Shown here piece after piece: positions 37,392-53,695 of a stretch of 64,000 bases of DNA. The DNA comes from Chlorokybus atmophyticus (lineage: Eukaryota > Plantae > Mesostigma and Chlorokybus algae). A model generated the notes under the pieces. The model was not told the origin of the DNA, searched no databases, and was given only the letters and a program-made list of their open reading frames with translations. Both the position numbers and the translations under genes were made by a program. Location of the stretch: the NCBI GenBank assembly GCA_009103225.1, contig RHPI01003729.1, positions 63,244-127,243 of the forward strand. Reading direction: 5' to 3'. Position 1 is the stretch's first letter, and each line of letters starts with the position of its first letter.

Positions 37392-38935
37392 TGTCGCAAA
37401 TTTACACGGTGACTGTCTAAGGAATAAGGGACTGACGGGTACCTGACCCTGCCTGACCTAACGGATTGGTCCATGGAGGGACCTAAACGATGGCCGGTGC
37501 TACGTAGTATACTAAGCAACATGTAATGACGGCCAGCGGTCGGCCGATAGCTACACGCGATCAAAGCCTGCCTGCAATGATTAAAACGTGACGTTACCGC
37601 ATTTTCAAGTGACGGCCGATCGCCGGTCGTCTATTTTGCTCAATAACGACCTATTTAGCATAGCTTACAGTCACCTTTCGGTCATTTTTTGCGACGATCG
37701 GCTGCTGGTCGTGCCATAACCATCGTAACGTATGCGCGGCGGCTTGCATACTGTGGCAAGCCAGTCACTGTCAATCCCTATTCCGTCACCTGCCCGCTTG
37801 TCGATAAGTGACGGCAGACCACCGGTGGTCCGTTAGTGCGGTGGCGACCTACCGACTATGACAATTAAGTGACCGCCCGTCTTTTATTGCCGGCGAGCAA
37901 TGCGGAACGATGGTACATGCAGCTATCGTACCATACAAATGGTACGAAAATCGCATTATTACAATAGCACCATCATACCATTTTTATAGTACTATGGTGC
38001 CATTGTAACAACGTTTGAATCACTTGAGTTGCCCAAGGTTGAAAGGCTCAACAGCTTCAAGCAAGTTGAACACTTGAGTTGTGTAGCGGCGGCGGCGGCG
38101 GCGGCAGCGGCGGCGGCGGCGGCAACGGCTAACAATAAGCAAGTTTGCTTGGTGCTATAACGTTGTGTTATGCGCAACAGCGCATGCAGGCTTACCGCTT
38201 TTTTGGTCTCAGGGCGGCTAGGCCAGGCCAGGCCAGGCCAGGCCAGGCTAGGCTAGGCTAGGCCAGGCGGCGCGGCGGCGGCGGTATATGGCAAGCAACA
38301 GCATGTGTATGTAAGTTGTCACACTGTGAGCATTGGTGTGTATGTTGCTGTTGATGGAGCTGGTGTGATTGACTTGTGCTTGCAGGAGCGGCGGCGGCTT
38401 AATATAAGGCCTTGGATTTGGGTGGTAGTAGTAGTAGTAGTAGCAGCATAGCAGTAGCCGCTCACAATAGATCATGTTAAAGCATAGTGCCAATATGACT
38501 TGCAACACATGTAATGTATTATTTTAAGATTTCATCATTATTGACGACACTCACGTGAGGTATCTAATCATGAGTGAACGGTTTCCAACAGGTACTCTTA
38601 AAAGTACCCTTCAGTAACGGCAGGTACCATGAGGTACCTGTCAGTTACAATCAGTTAGTGTACAGTCGCCGATACCTAACTATTAGATACCGGTTTGTTA
38701 CTTATCAGTTAGGTTAACTCCCTTTTGCATGACTGATGGGTGTCCCTATAGGTACCTGTCAGTTAGAGTTAGTCCCTTTCTGCAGACGGTCGTCGACTGA
38801 TGGTAACGGCCATTATGCTCAGGCCCCTGTATCGAGCTTGCCGGCAGACTGAAAAACGATAGCCTGACTAAGTACTCTCAGACCCACGACCGTCCTATAT
38901 ACTTGGTCGGCTGTCAGGGGTAACATTTTGCGACG
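37392..38935. mobile_element. Non-autonomous DNA transposon with imperfect TIRs and subterminal repeats (CACTA/CMC-like architecture)
   Basis: Left end tGTCGCAAAtttac; right end gtaacatTTTGCGACg. Flanked by CT...CT where the empty paralog reads gatgCTgtgca. Many GTGACGG/CTGAC-like subterminal motifs; no transposase ORF. Confidence 0.75.
38217..38267. repeat. Pentanucleotide (CCAGG/CTAGG)n array inside the TIR element; (GCG)n tract at about 38085-38125
   Basis: ctaggccaggccaggccaggccaggccaggctaggctaggctaggccagg read directly. Confidence 0.9.
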
Positions 38936-41084
38936 CTGTGCAGGTGCTTCCTTTGCTGCTTGCCGCTACCCCTTCCCTCTACTCCCACCCTTCCCCCCGT
39001 CTCTAGCTAGTGCACGTAGCTATAGCTTGGTGGGGCCGCCACCTAGTTGTCTTGCCCTTGCTTGTGCTGTGTTATTAAGCTTGGATGTGTTGTGTGCTTG
39101 CTGCCTTGACTAATTTGGCCCCGATCCATCTGTTGTGTACTAAACTTCTTCCCAGAATGATTGTTGACGCTTGGCATGTATCTTCCGGTGATCTGCTCCC
39201 ATCGTCCGTAGCCGCTCTTTAAGCAAGCCTCAAGAGCGACCTTACGCTTTTGCGTGGGGCAACTTGATTACTTGTAATTGCTTGCTGTTGCTAGATGATC
39301 TTATTAGTTCGTGTATTGTTGATTGCCAAGGGCGGGGGCCAGCATCAGTGCACGTAGTGAGCATTAGTGCACGGGATGAACAATAAGCAGGACGAGCAAG
39401 TGTTGGGTGGCAGCAGTCACAAGCCTTCACTGCACTGTTTGCAGAAATTGTGAGTGCCACGAGTCACTCCACGGTGGAGCACGCACAAGAGTGAAGGATG
39501 CACACACGCTCAGCAAGCAGCACACGACTTTAATAACAGGTAAGTAAGGGTAAGTAATGGGCAAATAAGTGTGAGGAGCAGATTCACTGCCCGCATACAT
39601 GTTGTGTCGGTGCACACTGTTGATGTCCATGGCTAACTACTTGCACATTATGCAAATGACTGTGCATTGCTATCTACTTGCACACTATGTGAATAACTGT
39701 GCATTGCTACACCACTGCTTGTACACTGTGTGCATGCCACGCTGTGCACTTGGTTACTATTTCGAAGTGCGCTCTACAGAGACACCCGTTGTGAGTGCGT
39801 GTCGCGCAGGGTATAAGGGCGCAAACAGCCGCTCAAACCCAAGAGGGCATTAGAAGTCGCACAAGTCTTGGTCGTTGTGAGTGGCGGCGCTGGCTTGCTG
39901 GCTAACTTCTCCCTCCTCCGCGATGCTGTGCAAGTGCTTCCTTTCCTGCTTACCGCTACCCCTTCCCTCTACTCCCACCCCTCCCCCAGTCTCTAGCTAG
40001 TGCACTTAGCTATAGCTTAGAGGGGCCCCCCACCACGTTGTCTTGCCCTTGCCCATAATGTGTTATCAAGCTTGGATGTGTTGTGTGCTTGCTGCCTTGA
40101 CTAATTGGCCCCAATCCGTCCGTTGTGTACTATGCATCCTTCAGCTCTGTGCACAAGTCTGCTTTGCCTTGCCACCTTGAACATGCTTGCCACTCCCCTG
40201 CCGCTTCTCACCCCGCCCCTCCGCTCATCCAAAGCACATAGCTACAGCACGTAGCTAGGCTTGGCGCTTGCCCGTGCAATTGCTGGTGCCTTGGCTTGCG
40301 CTTTGCGTGCATGTACTGCTGATGTTTGGAAAGCGTATGCATTTGCCCACATTTGCCCCGCGGCATTTATCTCACTGTGGCGCTTCTGTGTAGGTGAGGA
40401 GCGGTGTTGTGCTCGTTGCCTGCCCCCTCTGCTGCCAGTGCTGTAGGCCCCAGCACATCCTTGCCGCTTACTTGCTAATTGTGCACTGTATGCTTGCCTT
40501 GCGCTAACACATCTACTGAGCCGCCCCTACCCCTACCCACGCCCAGCTGCACTGCCCCTCCACACAACGTTGGTTCGCCTTGGTAATGGATAGTGACTGG
40601 TTGTTATGCTGGTGGTTTGCCGTGTGGTCAACTGATCAGTTGTGCATATGCATGGATGAAGGAACACCTGCACATGTGTTTGTGGTCAGTCCATGCAGCC
40701 GCAGCAGCCTGCCCAACGCGCATGGCATTGCAACCACAAAGTCATGGTGCTCGTTGCAATACACACAAGTACTTGTAGGTATGCACATATAGGGTCGACT
40801 TTGACGCTATGATATAGAAAAGTGTTTGCCATAGCTGCTACATGCATTTGAAGGTATGAAGGTTCAAACACGAACACACAATGCAGCACGCGCTGTTGTA
40901 AATGTCCACACATCAAAGCTGGCAACAAGGATGACATATGCTTAGCAACACGCAAAACGATACTCGTGTATTCGTGTAGTGCAAATCGTGTTCCAACAAA
41001 CAACCACCAAGCAACAACCAACGTGAGATTGTACCATGTACATTTGTGAATGACAGTCTGTAGCTCCGTAGTCGGTGCCTGCCT

Positions 41085-42230
41085 TCAGAGCGAATAAGAA
41101 TCATTCAGAACAATCTGGTCCTCACGCAGCATGCGCTTGACCAAGTAGGCCACCAACTTCCCTTCGGCATGCTCTTTGATCTTGTTTCGCACATGCTTAT
41201 GTATCCTAAGAATTCTAAGAATCTCCCAGCGTGCTTCGAGGGTGTTTTCGTCAGTGATCTTTTCAAACTCACGCTGGCTGCATCTATGCCTGGCCTTGTC
41301 ATGCTGCATGTCCAGATCATCCAATCTTTCTTCCATCAACAACTCGAGCTTTGCAAGCACACCCATGGCAGTCTCAGCAGGTTTCTGCTTGGCACCTGCC
41401 ACGCAAGTCCACACAGCCACTCTTACAGGAAGGTGGCTGACAAGGGCCAGCATGATGCTAGCAACTAACGCCTCAGCGCAGCTATGGTCAGTTCCAATAC
41501 GGTCTCTGTCCCTAGCTTGCACGCCGACGGGTCTTGCAGAAACGTCAGGGACTTGTTGTTGACATCAGTAGGGATAGCTGCAATCATGCGCTGCATGCGA
41601 GATGGAGCTGCTTGGAGAGTGTCACCGCCGGCACGGATGGCATGCCTTGCGACAAGAACTTCTCACACGCGCGGCGGATATCCTTCATGTGGTGTTGGCT
41701 TGCCAACTCGAGAAGCTGCGCCACACTTTCCTGCGTCACAGCAAGGAGTACTGAATGCGATGCCACGCACACAGGTATTATCTTGTTGTTGTAATGTGGT
41801 GCTTTGCACATTGCAGGTGACGGCCACGCCATGCAGCAAAAGATAGAACCTCTCCGACTAAGTGACCCAAACCTTTTGGTCACAAGCCCCCAAAACAGTC
41901 AACATACCTTTTTCACGTTGCCTGAAGCAAGGTGCTCGCCACACTGCTGCTTGAGGTCTCCCATGTTGTACTTGTCCGCCAGCTCCAGCAGCCAGGAGAT
42001 AGTCTCCTATATCAACACTATGTGTTTGGCACACAACGCACCTTGGTAAGGACAGTTGAATCTGCAGCCAGCAGCATGCGCAGCACGATCTCCCATTTCT
42101 CAGGGCTGTCACCCTGCAGTGGCAGCTCTGTTCGCACAGCTCCCTCGTCGCACTGAAGGCACTGCCGCAGCTGCGTGCTGTGAAATGCGAGCAGGAACTT
42201 GCTGGTCTTGAGTGAGGACCCATCCTGAAA
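41085..42230 (-). CDS. BTB/POZ-domain protein, probably two BTB-like units (5' end unresolved, possibly to about 42975)
   Basis: LKTSKFLLAFHSTQLRQCL...LPLQGDSPEKWEIVLRML...WLLELADKYNMGDLKQQCGEHL, then ESVAQLLELASQHHMKDIRRACEKFL. The full splice model was not resolved. Confidence 0.55.
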
Positions 42231-43692
42231 AGTTGTGAGAGGGTTGTTTGAGTAATGTGGGATGGCGCATGCAATGTGACGATGGCGTGGTAAGGTGTGC
42301 GACTCACCTCCAGCTTTGACGTGACGTCGCAGAGCGTAGGATTACCCATGCACCTCTCCATGTTGTGATGGATGCGCTGACCAATGCACACTTGCGCCAC
42401 TACACCCGCACCAGTATCAGCTTGATAAGAGGGTTGCGCCAACACACACCAATCGATGTGTATGCATGCGCTAAACGAAACTGCAAGCCTCAGTCCAGGC
42501 AGACCTCAGCTCCGCAAATGGCTTGACAGGAACTGAAGCCTCAATACTCAATCAGCTGGAAAGCAAGCATGCACGACCACAGTAGCGCTCACATAACAAG
42601 CAACGCAACATATACATGTAATGGAGTGAGAGGACTGTTGCATGCATGGTAAGCCCTGATAAACATAGAGACAAAGCAGGTAGCTGCATGCTGAAAACGT
42701 ACACCACGGTTCTACAGGGTGCAGCAGGTGGCAAAAAAACAAAGTTTTGTCGCATGCGCACGTAGTACGCACTTGTGCTTGCAGTGAGACTTGTGTGGGT
42801 TGCGCACGACTTCTGAGCAGGTGTCTTAACTTGACCTTTGGGACGCGAGAGATGCATGCAAGCTTGCCGACTGTAAAGCTGCAGGCATCCAGCCCCATCA
42901 CGCCTTAAGCAGGGCGCCTGACAGGCTTGAAAACACCTTGGTGACGATCCTTCTCAACTCTGTCGCTGCAGACATGCTTTCTCCGGAGAAAAGAAGCTTT
43001 CAACGCCAAGGTCCAAAAGGCAGGGAAAGAAGGACAGGATGAATCGAAGCCGTTAGCTGTGCGGTCAAGCCATCCGGCAGCTCAAAACATACACCATGAG
43101 AGTCTAGTCACAGAGGCACAGCTAACGGCTTCGAAAGACACACAACAACCAGCCGAAAGCCTCACAAACTGGTTGATCGATCGGAACAACCAGCACCTCC
43201 TTTGGAAGTCAAGTTTATGACCACATAAGCATGCATTCGCTTGGCAGGCCCCACGCAACCCGAAGTATAGCAACAGTGCAACAGCCAGTCGCCCAGCAAT
43301 CGTCAATACAAATCACTGTGTAATTTCTGCCTTAAGACTCCGCCAATGAGCAGCCGGCAGCGCGAACTCACATGCCATGCATCGCTTTACCCCTTGATGC
43401 AGCCCTCCCAAGCAGATGTCAGCGCATACAGCAGCCTTCCCCCTGTTCACTCCACCTTGCGTAAAGCCTGCAGACACAACACCCATACACAGACTCCTAC
43501 ACACTTTGACACATATGCAGTTTTCTTTTGCATCTTTTGTACACACACAGGCGGGTGCGCGTGCGTGGCAAGGAACTGACAAAATAACGACGTACAGCTG
43601 TGATTAAGCTCAAGCAGCCAACACAATGGTAGAGCACGGTTTGCAAATAAGCATATATTACGTGCCTAAGTACAGTCTCTTTAACAGTTCTA

Positions 43693-46670
<2,978 letters not shown>

Positions 46671-46864
46671 GACGCCTATGCCACCGTCACTGCCGCCGCC
46701 GCCACTTGCTTGCTGCTCTGACGAAGAGATATCACAATCATTGCTCGATATCGTCACGTTTTGCCTGCAGATGGCAACTCCTGTTTCAGCGCCTACCTTT
46801 GATATACTAAACGGTGGCAGCAGCGGCGGCGGCGGCGGTGACGGCGTTGTTGTTTTCGTCCGCG

Positions 46865-48762
46865 ATGGAGTCGGCGGGGTCAGGGTTTAGTGGGCGGGGT
46901 GACCGTGACGAGGGAATTGAGGAGCTGGCGAGGAGGCTGACGGATCGGCGACTGCCGCTGCCGCAGCGCTTCCGCGTGCTTTTTTCTTTGAGAAACGTCA
47001 AGAACAGCCCTGTCGCGCAGGAGGCACTGTTGAAAGGTGAGCTTAGCTGTGTTTTTATGGCCTTATCATATTGCATTATAGTAAGCACTGTGCAACATTG
47101 ACTGACATCACTACATTGTGTGCAGTAATTGAAACATGGTCAATGTAGCATGTTCATACGTACTAGTATTCGAGATGCACGATTAGTACGTACATCTTTG
47201 CAAGCGGCATTGACAACTACAGCATTTGCAGTTGCTGAAAAACTCAGCTCCTTGCACAGTCAGCAACATCTCCACAAGCTGCCTTCCTGTTGCTGCTTAG
47301 CTGTTGCAGTATTGCAAATCCGGTACTGGCTCTTGATTGATTGGCGCTGAAGGTAAAAGCAGGTTGTTGTTACACGCAGATTATAGATACATACAGATGG
47401 CAGAGACGTTGATTTTGTTAACACTCATGCACCAACTATCAGCGCCACGACTTCAGTTGTAGGCTTTACCTGCATAACATACACCCGCGCGTGGTATATA
47501 CACATGGTTGTGGTTTAGCTGTGTTCAGTACTTGACTGCAAAACATATGTACATATGCTTGCGCACAGCGCCTGCTATGGATTTGGCTGAGTTTGTCTCA
47601 TGCCTGTTTGGTCGCAGCTCTGAACGACCCTTCAGCACTGTTTCGCCACGAGGTGGCCTTCTGTCTCGGTCAGATGCAAGGTGCCGAGGCCGTGCCGGCG
47701 CTGGTCGCTGTGCTTCAAGACCATACAGAGAACTCCATGGTCCGCCACGAGGTAAGGTGTTGTGAAACATTTGATGCATGCTGGCGATAGTGCGTGGACA
47801 TTCGTAAGCACACCAAGCATTGGTGCAGTTGTAAAGACTAGTATTCATGTGCACGTACACTTGACCAGGTCAGGTGTATATATACGCGAGCACATGCAGT
47901 TGGATACACAAATGCGTGTGTGTATATGCGTACTTCTGTATGTACATGTGGTGTTTGTATGATGAGTGTGAATAAGTATACGGACAGTAGTCGTGTTTGT
48001 GCGAGCACGTGCATAGGTGCACCTGCATGCGCGCATGTGTTTCATACTGTCTGTGTAGACCTGATGTGCCATGTTTATCTGTGCACGCATCAAGCCCCAT
48101 GCGCAGGCACGCTCACGCAAACACGCGCATGCCTGCAGTTGCACAAATGCATGTGCTCACACACACGCACGGTCATGCACCCTCGTAGGCACGTATTCAT
48201 GTGCGCACGTGTGCTGCCTTCGTGGTGCATCAGCACATATCTGCCTGTTTAGAGTTAGCTGTACATTATGTACATCTAGATTGCATGCACGCTTGCTTAC
48301 ATTGGCCACATATGGTAAAGTGGTCTTTGTACTCAAGGCCGGAGAGGCCCTGGGTGCAATAGGCACGCCGCAGTGCATCGGGCCTTTGAAGGAGGGCGCA
48401 TGCGATGCGCTTGCAGAGGTCGCCGAGACCTGCCAGCTGGCGCTGCGGAGGATACAGCACGCGCGCATTGAAGAGGGAGCAACAGCATCATCCACTTCAA
48501 CTACACAGCTGTCCCCGTATCTCTCTGTCGACCCCGCACCCGCCGCTGCCGTTGCACTTGACGCATCCGTCTCCCAACTGAGGTGAACTTCATATGTTTA
48601 CCCATCCCACAACAAAACCAACATGAGCGCTAGGGCTGGGACGCTGTGTTGTATACGTGTTGGTGATTATGACACATGCACCCAAACATACACCTAATGC
48701 GCACACATGCATACTCAAACCTGCATACTTGCGTGCACTCATGCATGTGCATATACACGCAC

Positions 48763-48794
<32 letters not shown>

Positions 48795-49538
48795 GCACAC
48801 GCACACGCACACGCACACACATGTGTGTAGAGCGTTGCTGCTGGATGATGGTGGGGACCTGTTTGAGCGCTATGCTGCGATGTTTGCACTACGCAACCGC
48901 GGCGGAGAGGACGCTGCTTCAGCTATCGCCGCAGCCTTCGGCTGCAAGAGCGCGCTGCTTAGACATGAGGTAAGCTGGGCTCAACTCACTTGCAACATTG
49001 GTACGTGAGAGTGATTGCTCAAGGTCCACATGGCAGGTTGCGTACGTGTTGGGACAGCTGCAGCACCCTTGCGTAGTGCCCACACTAGCGCGGGTGCTGA
49101 GCGACCAAGAAGAGCACCCGATGGTCCGGCATGAAGCGGCTGAAGCATTGGGCTCCATAGCAGGTGAGTGAGACTATCCCCTCACTTGCTGGCAACTCAT
49201 CTGCATAGGTGTATGTGTACAAGTATGGCGGCATCTTGTGGGTAGATGCATGTATCTGTGAACATGGATGCAGCTGTTGATATAGCACCTATGCAGATGC
49301 TAGCTGCATAGCACTTCTGCAGCAGTTCCAACGTGACCCGGAGCCTATTGTCTCTGAGAGCTGTGATGTTGCGCTGGACATTCTACAACACGAGATGTCT
49401 GGCGGGTTCGAGGTACGTTGGCATAGAAGTGCTTTTATTTTTAATTTCAACACGCATGTGTATGCGCGTTGGTAAAGATGTGTTTCTTTGCAGTATGCGG
49501 ACTTGGGCAGTGCAAGTGAAGCTGTCGCTGTTTGTTAG
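46865..49538 (+). CDS. DOHH: Deoxyhypusine hydroxylase (multi-exon)
   Basis: [10 protein letters not shown], four His-Glu HEAT motifs ([46 protein letters not shown]), [21 protein letters not shown] and [10 protein letters not shown]. Confidence 0.96.
48755..48820. repeat. (GCACAC)n intronic hexanucleotide repeat
   Basis: Read directly. Confidence 0.9.
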
Positions 49539-51038
49539 ACATAATGACTCCAGTTAGTCCAGGTGACCTTGGTTAGATTGATTGACGATGTTCATCAGAT
49601 AAGGGAGATGCAGATTTGACATATGCTTGCCTAGAGCAGTGAGCACTTTTGAATATATGCACTTAATATTGAGGGTTAGATCGATGCTCTCGGATTGTTG
49701 AGAACAGAAGTGTTGGGTATCTGGTTGTTTAGGTCATTTTTCAGTTCAGCTGATGCCGAGATATCATATTGAAGGAGTGAGATACAACAACTGGCATGCC
49801 GTGTATGTGCGTGCACAGACTATGGCCCATAGTCTGACACGCTGGCGGGGCAGTTGCAAGCTGCATGTGGTGGAAGTTCACGCTGTCCAATGAGCCGCAC
49901 ATTGCAGCCACCGCCCTGTTCTCGTCGCAACTGCCCTCCAGCACTATGAAGTCATACGCAGCAGCGTGCGTCACGTCCTTTGCCGTTTTGTAAGCTAGTG
50001 CTGTCCAGCAGCGGTTGAACTGTTCAACGGCAGACATCTTGTGGCTGCATAGTATGTAGTTATTATGGTGGTTGATTTGCGGTATACCATGACTTACACC
50101 ATTGCTATGTACGATGTAGCTGATCTGCAAGGTCAAGAGCGGCTCTAAACAAAGCAACAGTAATACACATTCACACGCATGCAATTTGTAATGATCTCAA
50201 CATGATGCCACTAGCGTGTATACCTAGTAGTTTACCTTGTAGAATGAAGTAGAAACAATTGTTACAAGGCTTGCACGCACTTGAAATCTACAACAAAACA
50301 ACCATATTGCTACATTACAAGAGCAAGGCTACTAGCGGCGGCAAGGCGAAGGGCTCATACTGGTTTAAATGTTTTAAGCAGCGCGTCAGCCATAAATCAT
50401 TCGTACAATTGAAACACTTTTAAAAGTGTTGGCCTATGCAGCATGATATCATGCTAACACTTATGTAACACACATACATGTGTAAGCGATGTGCACATCA
50501 TGAGACCGTGTATTACGCCACTAAATGAATATATATATACACCGTACGTATACAATTATATTATACTCTACAATGCATAACACATTCTTATCCATTTACT
50601 ACTAATTTAAGATTAAAAACAAGTATAGGTCTTATCGACGATAACTGCAAAAATGTTTATAATTATGTACGTACGTCGTAACGATACACATGCAACATGC
50701 AGAAAAGCAAGTTGGCTAGCTTTTCAATACTGTTTCAAGATAACAAATTGATTTAGTTGTTCACCTGAGATTGTTGTTAGATCATGACGTATCATGTGTA
50801 TGGATATGCGGCAAATGAATGAATTTAGTTCTTGTTCATCACAATTATTAACTCGTTGAGTTGCAGTCCTCTTTGATAGCGGACCGTGTGCTATCCCCAA
50901 CGGGTTGCCAATGAATGAAGTGTGTGCATCATCTGAAGCGTTGAGTTCTGGGCCTATGACACCACCACTTGTCCAAATGTGGGAGCCTCCGATGAGTGTG
51001 ATTTGTCGTCTTGTCCTTCGCGCAGCGCCACCGGGTCT

Positions 51039-51280
51039 GCCACGTCGGCCGGCGCTTCGCTTAGTGTCACTCAGTGTCACTCAGAGTCGTCACTGTCGCA
51101 GCTTGCCAACCTGGATAACAAGCACACAAGGCGACATGCAGTAGGGTGAGAAGCATGGCCACGTACACATGCGCGCCGCCGTGCATGGCGGTGGCGCTGC
51201 CGGTGTGGCACTGCATGCCGGGTGCGGGCCACCCGCCATGCCTACCGACGTGGCCACCCCTGCCTTGGACTCCACGTGGC
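51039..51280. promoter_or_regulatory. ABRE/DRE-like cluster upstream of ELIP C
   Basis: GCCACGTCGGC 51039-51049, GCCACGT 51158-51164, ACCGACGTGGC 51244-51254, CACGTGGC 51273-51280. Confidence 0.55.
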
Positions 51281-51393
51281 CTTTTACTCCCAGTACAAGA
51301 AGCGAGTGTCTCAGGCATAGATTGACAATCGCAAGCTGAATATTTGCTTCTTTGCGTTGCCGTGCTGCTGAGTGCATTTCTAGCAAGTGAGCA

Positions 51394-52585
51394 ATGGCTT
51401 CCACCTCCATGGCTGTCCATTCTGGCCCTGCCGCCCAGCTGGCGCGACCCACACTCTCCAGGCGCACCAACTGTGAGTGTGCATGTGCATGCCTCACAGC
51501 ACAGCGTATTGACCGATCATACCCTCGTCCATCTCATGTCAGCTGTCGCTGCTCTCTCTGCAACATACTAACTGTGTATCCTAACAAACACGTCATTAGC
51601 AACTGCATTTCATCAGGCTTGACCCCCTGTCTGTGCAGCTGTGAGGAGTCGTGTGCCTGTGGTCTCTCCCGCCTTCCGCCGCAGCGTGCGATGCGAGGCC
51701 AACCCCATCGATAAGGCCCAGAGCGCCGCCAAGAGCGCCGCTAACGACGCCCAGAGCAAGGCCAAGGCTGCCGCCAACGACCCCAAGGCCGCTGCCAACG
51801 ACTTCAGGAGCACCGCCATGGATGCCGCCAGCAAAGCCAAGAGCACCGCCATGGACGCCAAGGACAAGTTCACAGACATGGTCGACAGCACAACCTCGCA
51901 GCAGCGCCCAGAGGTCTCCAGCGCTGAGCGTGTGCGCAAGATGGGCGAGAATACCCCTGCCATGGTAACAGAGTTGATCCATTAGTTGACTATCTGATTG
52001 TCCAGCGCATGCATGCAACGAGCACTGATGATGGTACTTCTGATAGATTCCCAAGCCTGGAAAGTCTCAGTCCACCGATCTCCTCACCTATGAGGGTTTG
52101 CTTGAGCGCATCAACGGCCGCGCAGCCATGCTTGGTTTCCTCGCTGCCCTCGCAGGAGAGGCCATCACAGGCCAGAGCATTGCCAGCCAACTCACACTCT
52201 TCCGCTTCTCCAAGTGAGTGGCGCTACTGATTCTAGCTTCTGCATTAGTGCATGCAACAAGTAATCTGTGTGTGACTGTCTGCGTGTGTGCATATGTGCG
52301 CGCGTGCATGTCTGCATATATGCATGCGCGTGCATCAAGAGTATCGGTAATAAAAGAATCATACCCCCTGTCAGGTTCACTTTCTTCCTCCTCGCTGCTT
52401 CCGTCATCGTCAGCTCCATCGTTCCTCCCTCCAAGGGTGTGGGCGATGCCGAGTTCCAGAACCAGCCCTTCTGGCGTCCCGGCCGCGAGATCATCAACGG
52501 CCGCACCGCCATGCTCGGATTCGTGGCTATGCTGGCGACGGAGGCTATTACCGGCCAGACCACACTTGGATTCTGGCTGTCTTAG
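51394..52585 (+). CDS. ELIP: ELIP copy C with expanded LEA-like N-terminal repeats, intact
   Basis: Exons 51394-51472, 51639-51964, 52047-52213 and 52375-52585. Both ERINGRxAMLGF-type helices are present; 33-bp repeats at about 51728-51870. Confidence 0.92.
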
Positions 52586-53695
52586 AGTGTGTATGCTGCC
52601 TTGTACAGTGTGCTGCGGGTAGATGGTAGGGCTAGTTTGAATTGTTCTCGGGTAAGTTGAACTGTGCCCTTTGTACGCTTTATACACTTTGAATCGAAGT
52701 TTTGGTCTTGCTACGCTATGTACCTTACCACCTACTTGTATTGTATGCAAACTTTGTACCCACGCGTGTGGGTGAGTTCCTATCCGTTCATTGTAAAGGG
52801 GCAATACACGCTGTGCGCAGCTTTCAGATGTGCAGTGGTTGTAACACATGTTGTCAGCAAGCAATCTTTGTAACAGTACTCCCAAAGTGGGTAACATTTC
52901 TTCATCAGCAGCTGTCACAATTGGCTTGGATATCCAGCTAGTTTACTCAACCACTGTTGTGTGTAACACTTGCAACTGCTGAACAAGTAGCTGAAAGGTA
53001 CATCGCTGTACATATGATAGGTGGTATACTGTTGTTGTGCGCACACCAACCCATTGTACATGAAAGATATGCATGGTAGGTAACAACATCAAGGCAACAT
53101 CGGTGTGGTATATATATAGTAGGGATGCAAGTAAAGCTGATATTTGGGCAGCAACGCCATGACGAGAACCGGGTAGTGAGGTAACAATACACGTATTGTA
53201 AATATGTGGACTACAGTATACTTTGCAATTGCATTCTGCAGCATTTTTGCAGCAAGCAATAATCTCAATTTGCCTGCTGCACAGTGCTATACAGTTCTGC
53301 TGTACAATGCTATACAGTGTACTAAATGTTAAACGCACTGCAAGCAGGGAAAGTTGCACCGTGAAGTGGGAAAGTATACTGAGCAACAAGACCAATGTTG
53401 TTGTGTACACACAATGGCGACTCCCGCCCCAGGCACTACAACACATCGGCTCCACCTGTCGTCTTGCTGTCGCTCCACACCTGGACCATTTGCACGTTGG
53501 ATCATAATGTGGCGGATACATAAGTGCAAACCATAGCGTGTGGATGAAGTTGACGATCTACAACATTTTAGGGGTGTGCGCACCCGCGGCTACCATTGCG
53601 GTGCACTTGCGTAAATGGTGCTTGCTTGCCAGCGTGGATGTAGCATGTGTAAGGGGGAAGTCGATGATGGCCTCGCGCGTGTGTGTGTGTGTGCG

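Larger units (their letters stand above)
37090..40135 (+). repeat. Pair of diverged ~0.5-kb direct repeats (copy 1: 37090-37391 + 38936-39150; copy 2: about 39596-40135)
   Basis: Shared blocks such as gacacccgttgtgagtg, gggtataa, acaagtcttggtcg and ctctagctagtgcac. Copy 1 is split by the TIR element. Confidence 0.85.

Noticed and set aside
49741-50184. 147-aa minus-strand ORF downstream of DOHH
   Set aside because: No recognisable motif, GTG start and no codon bias.
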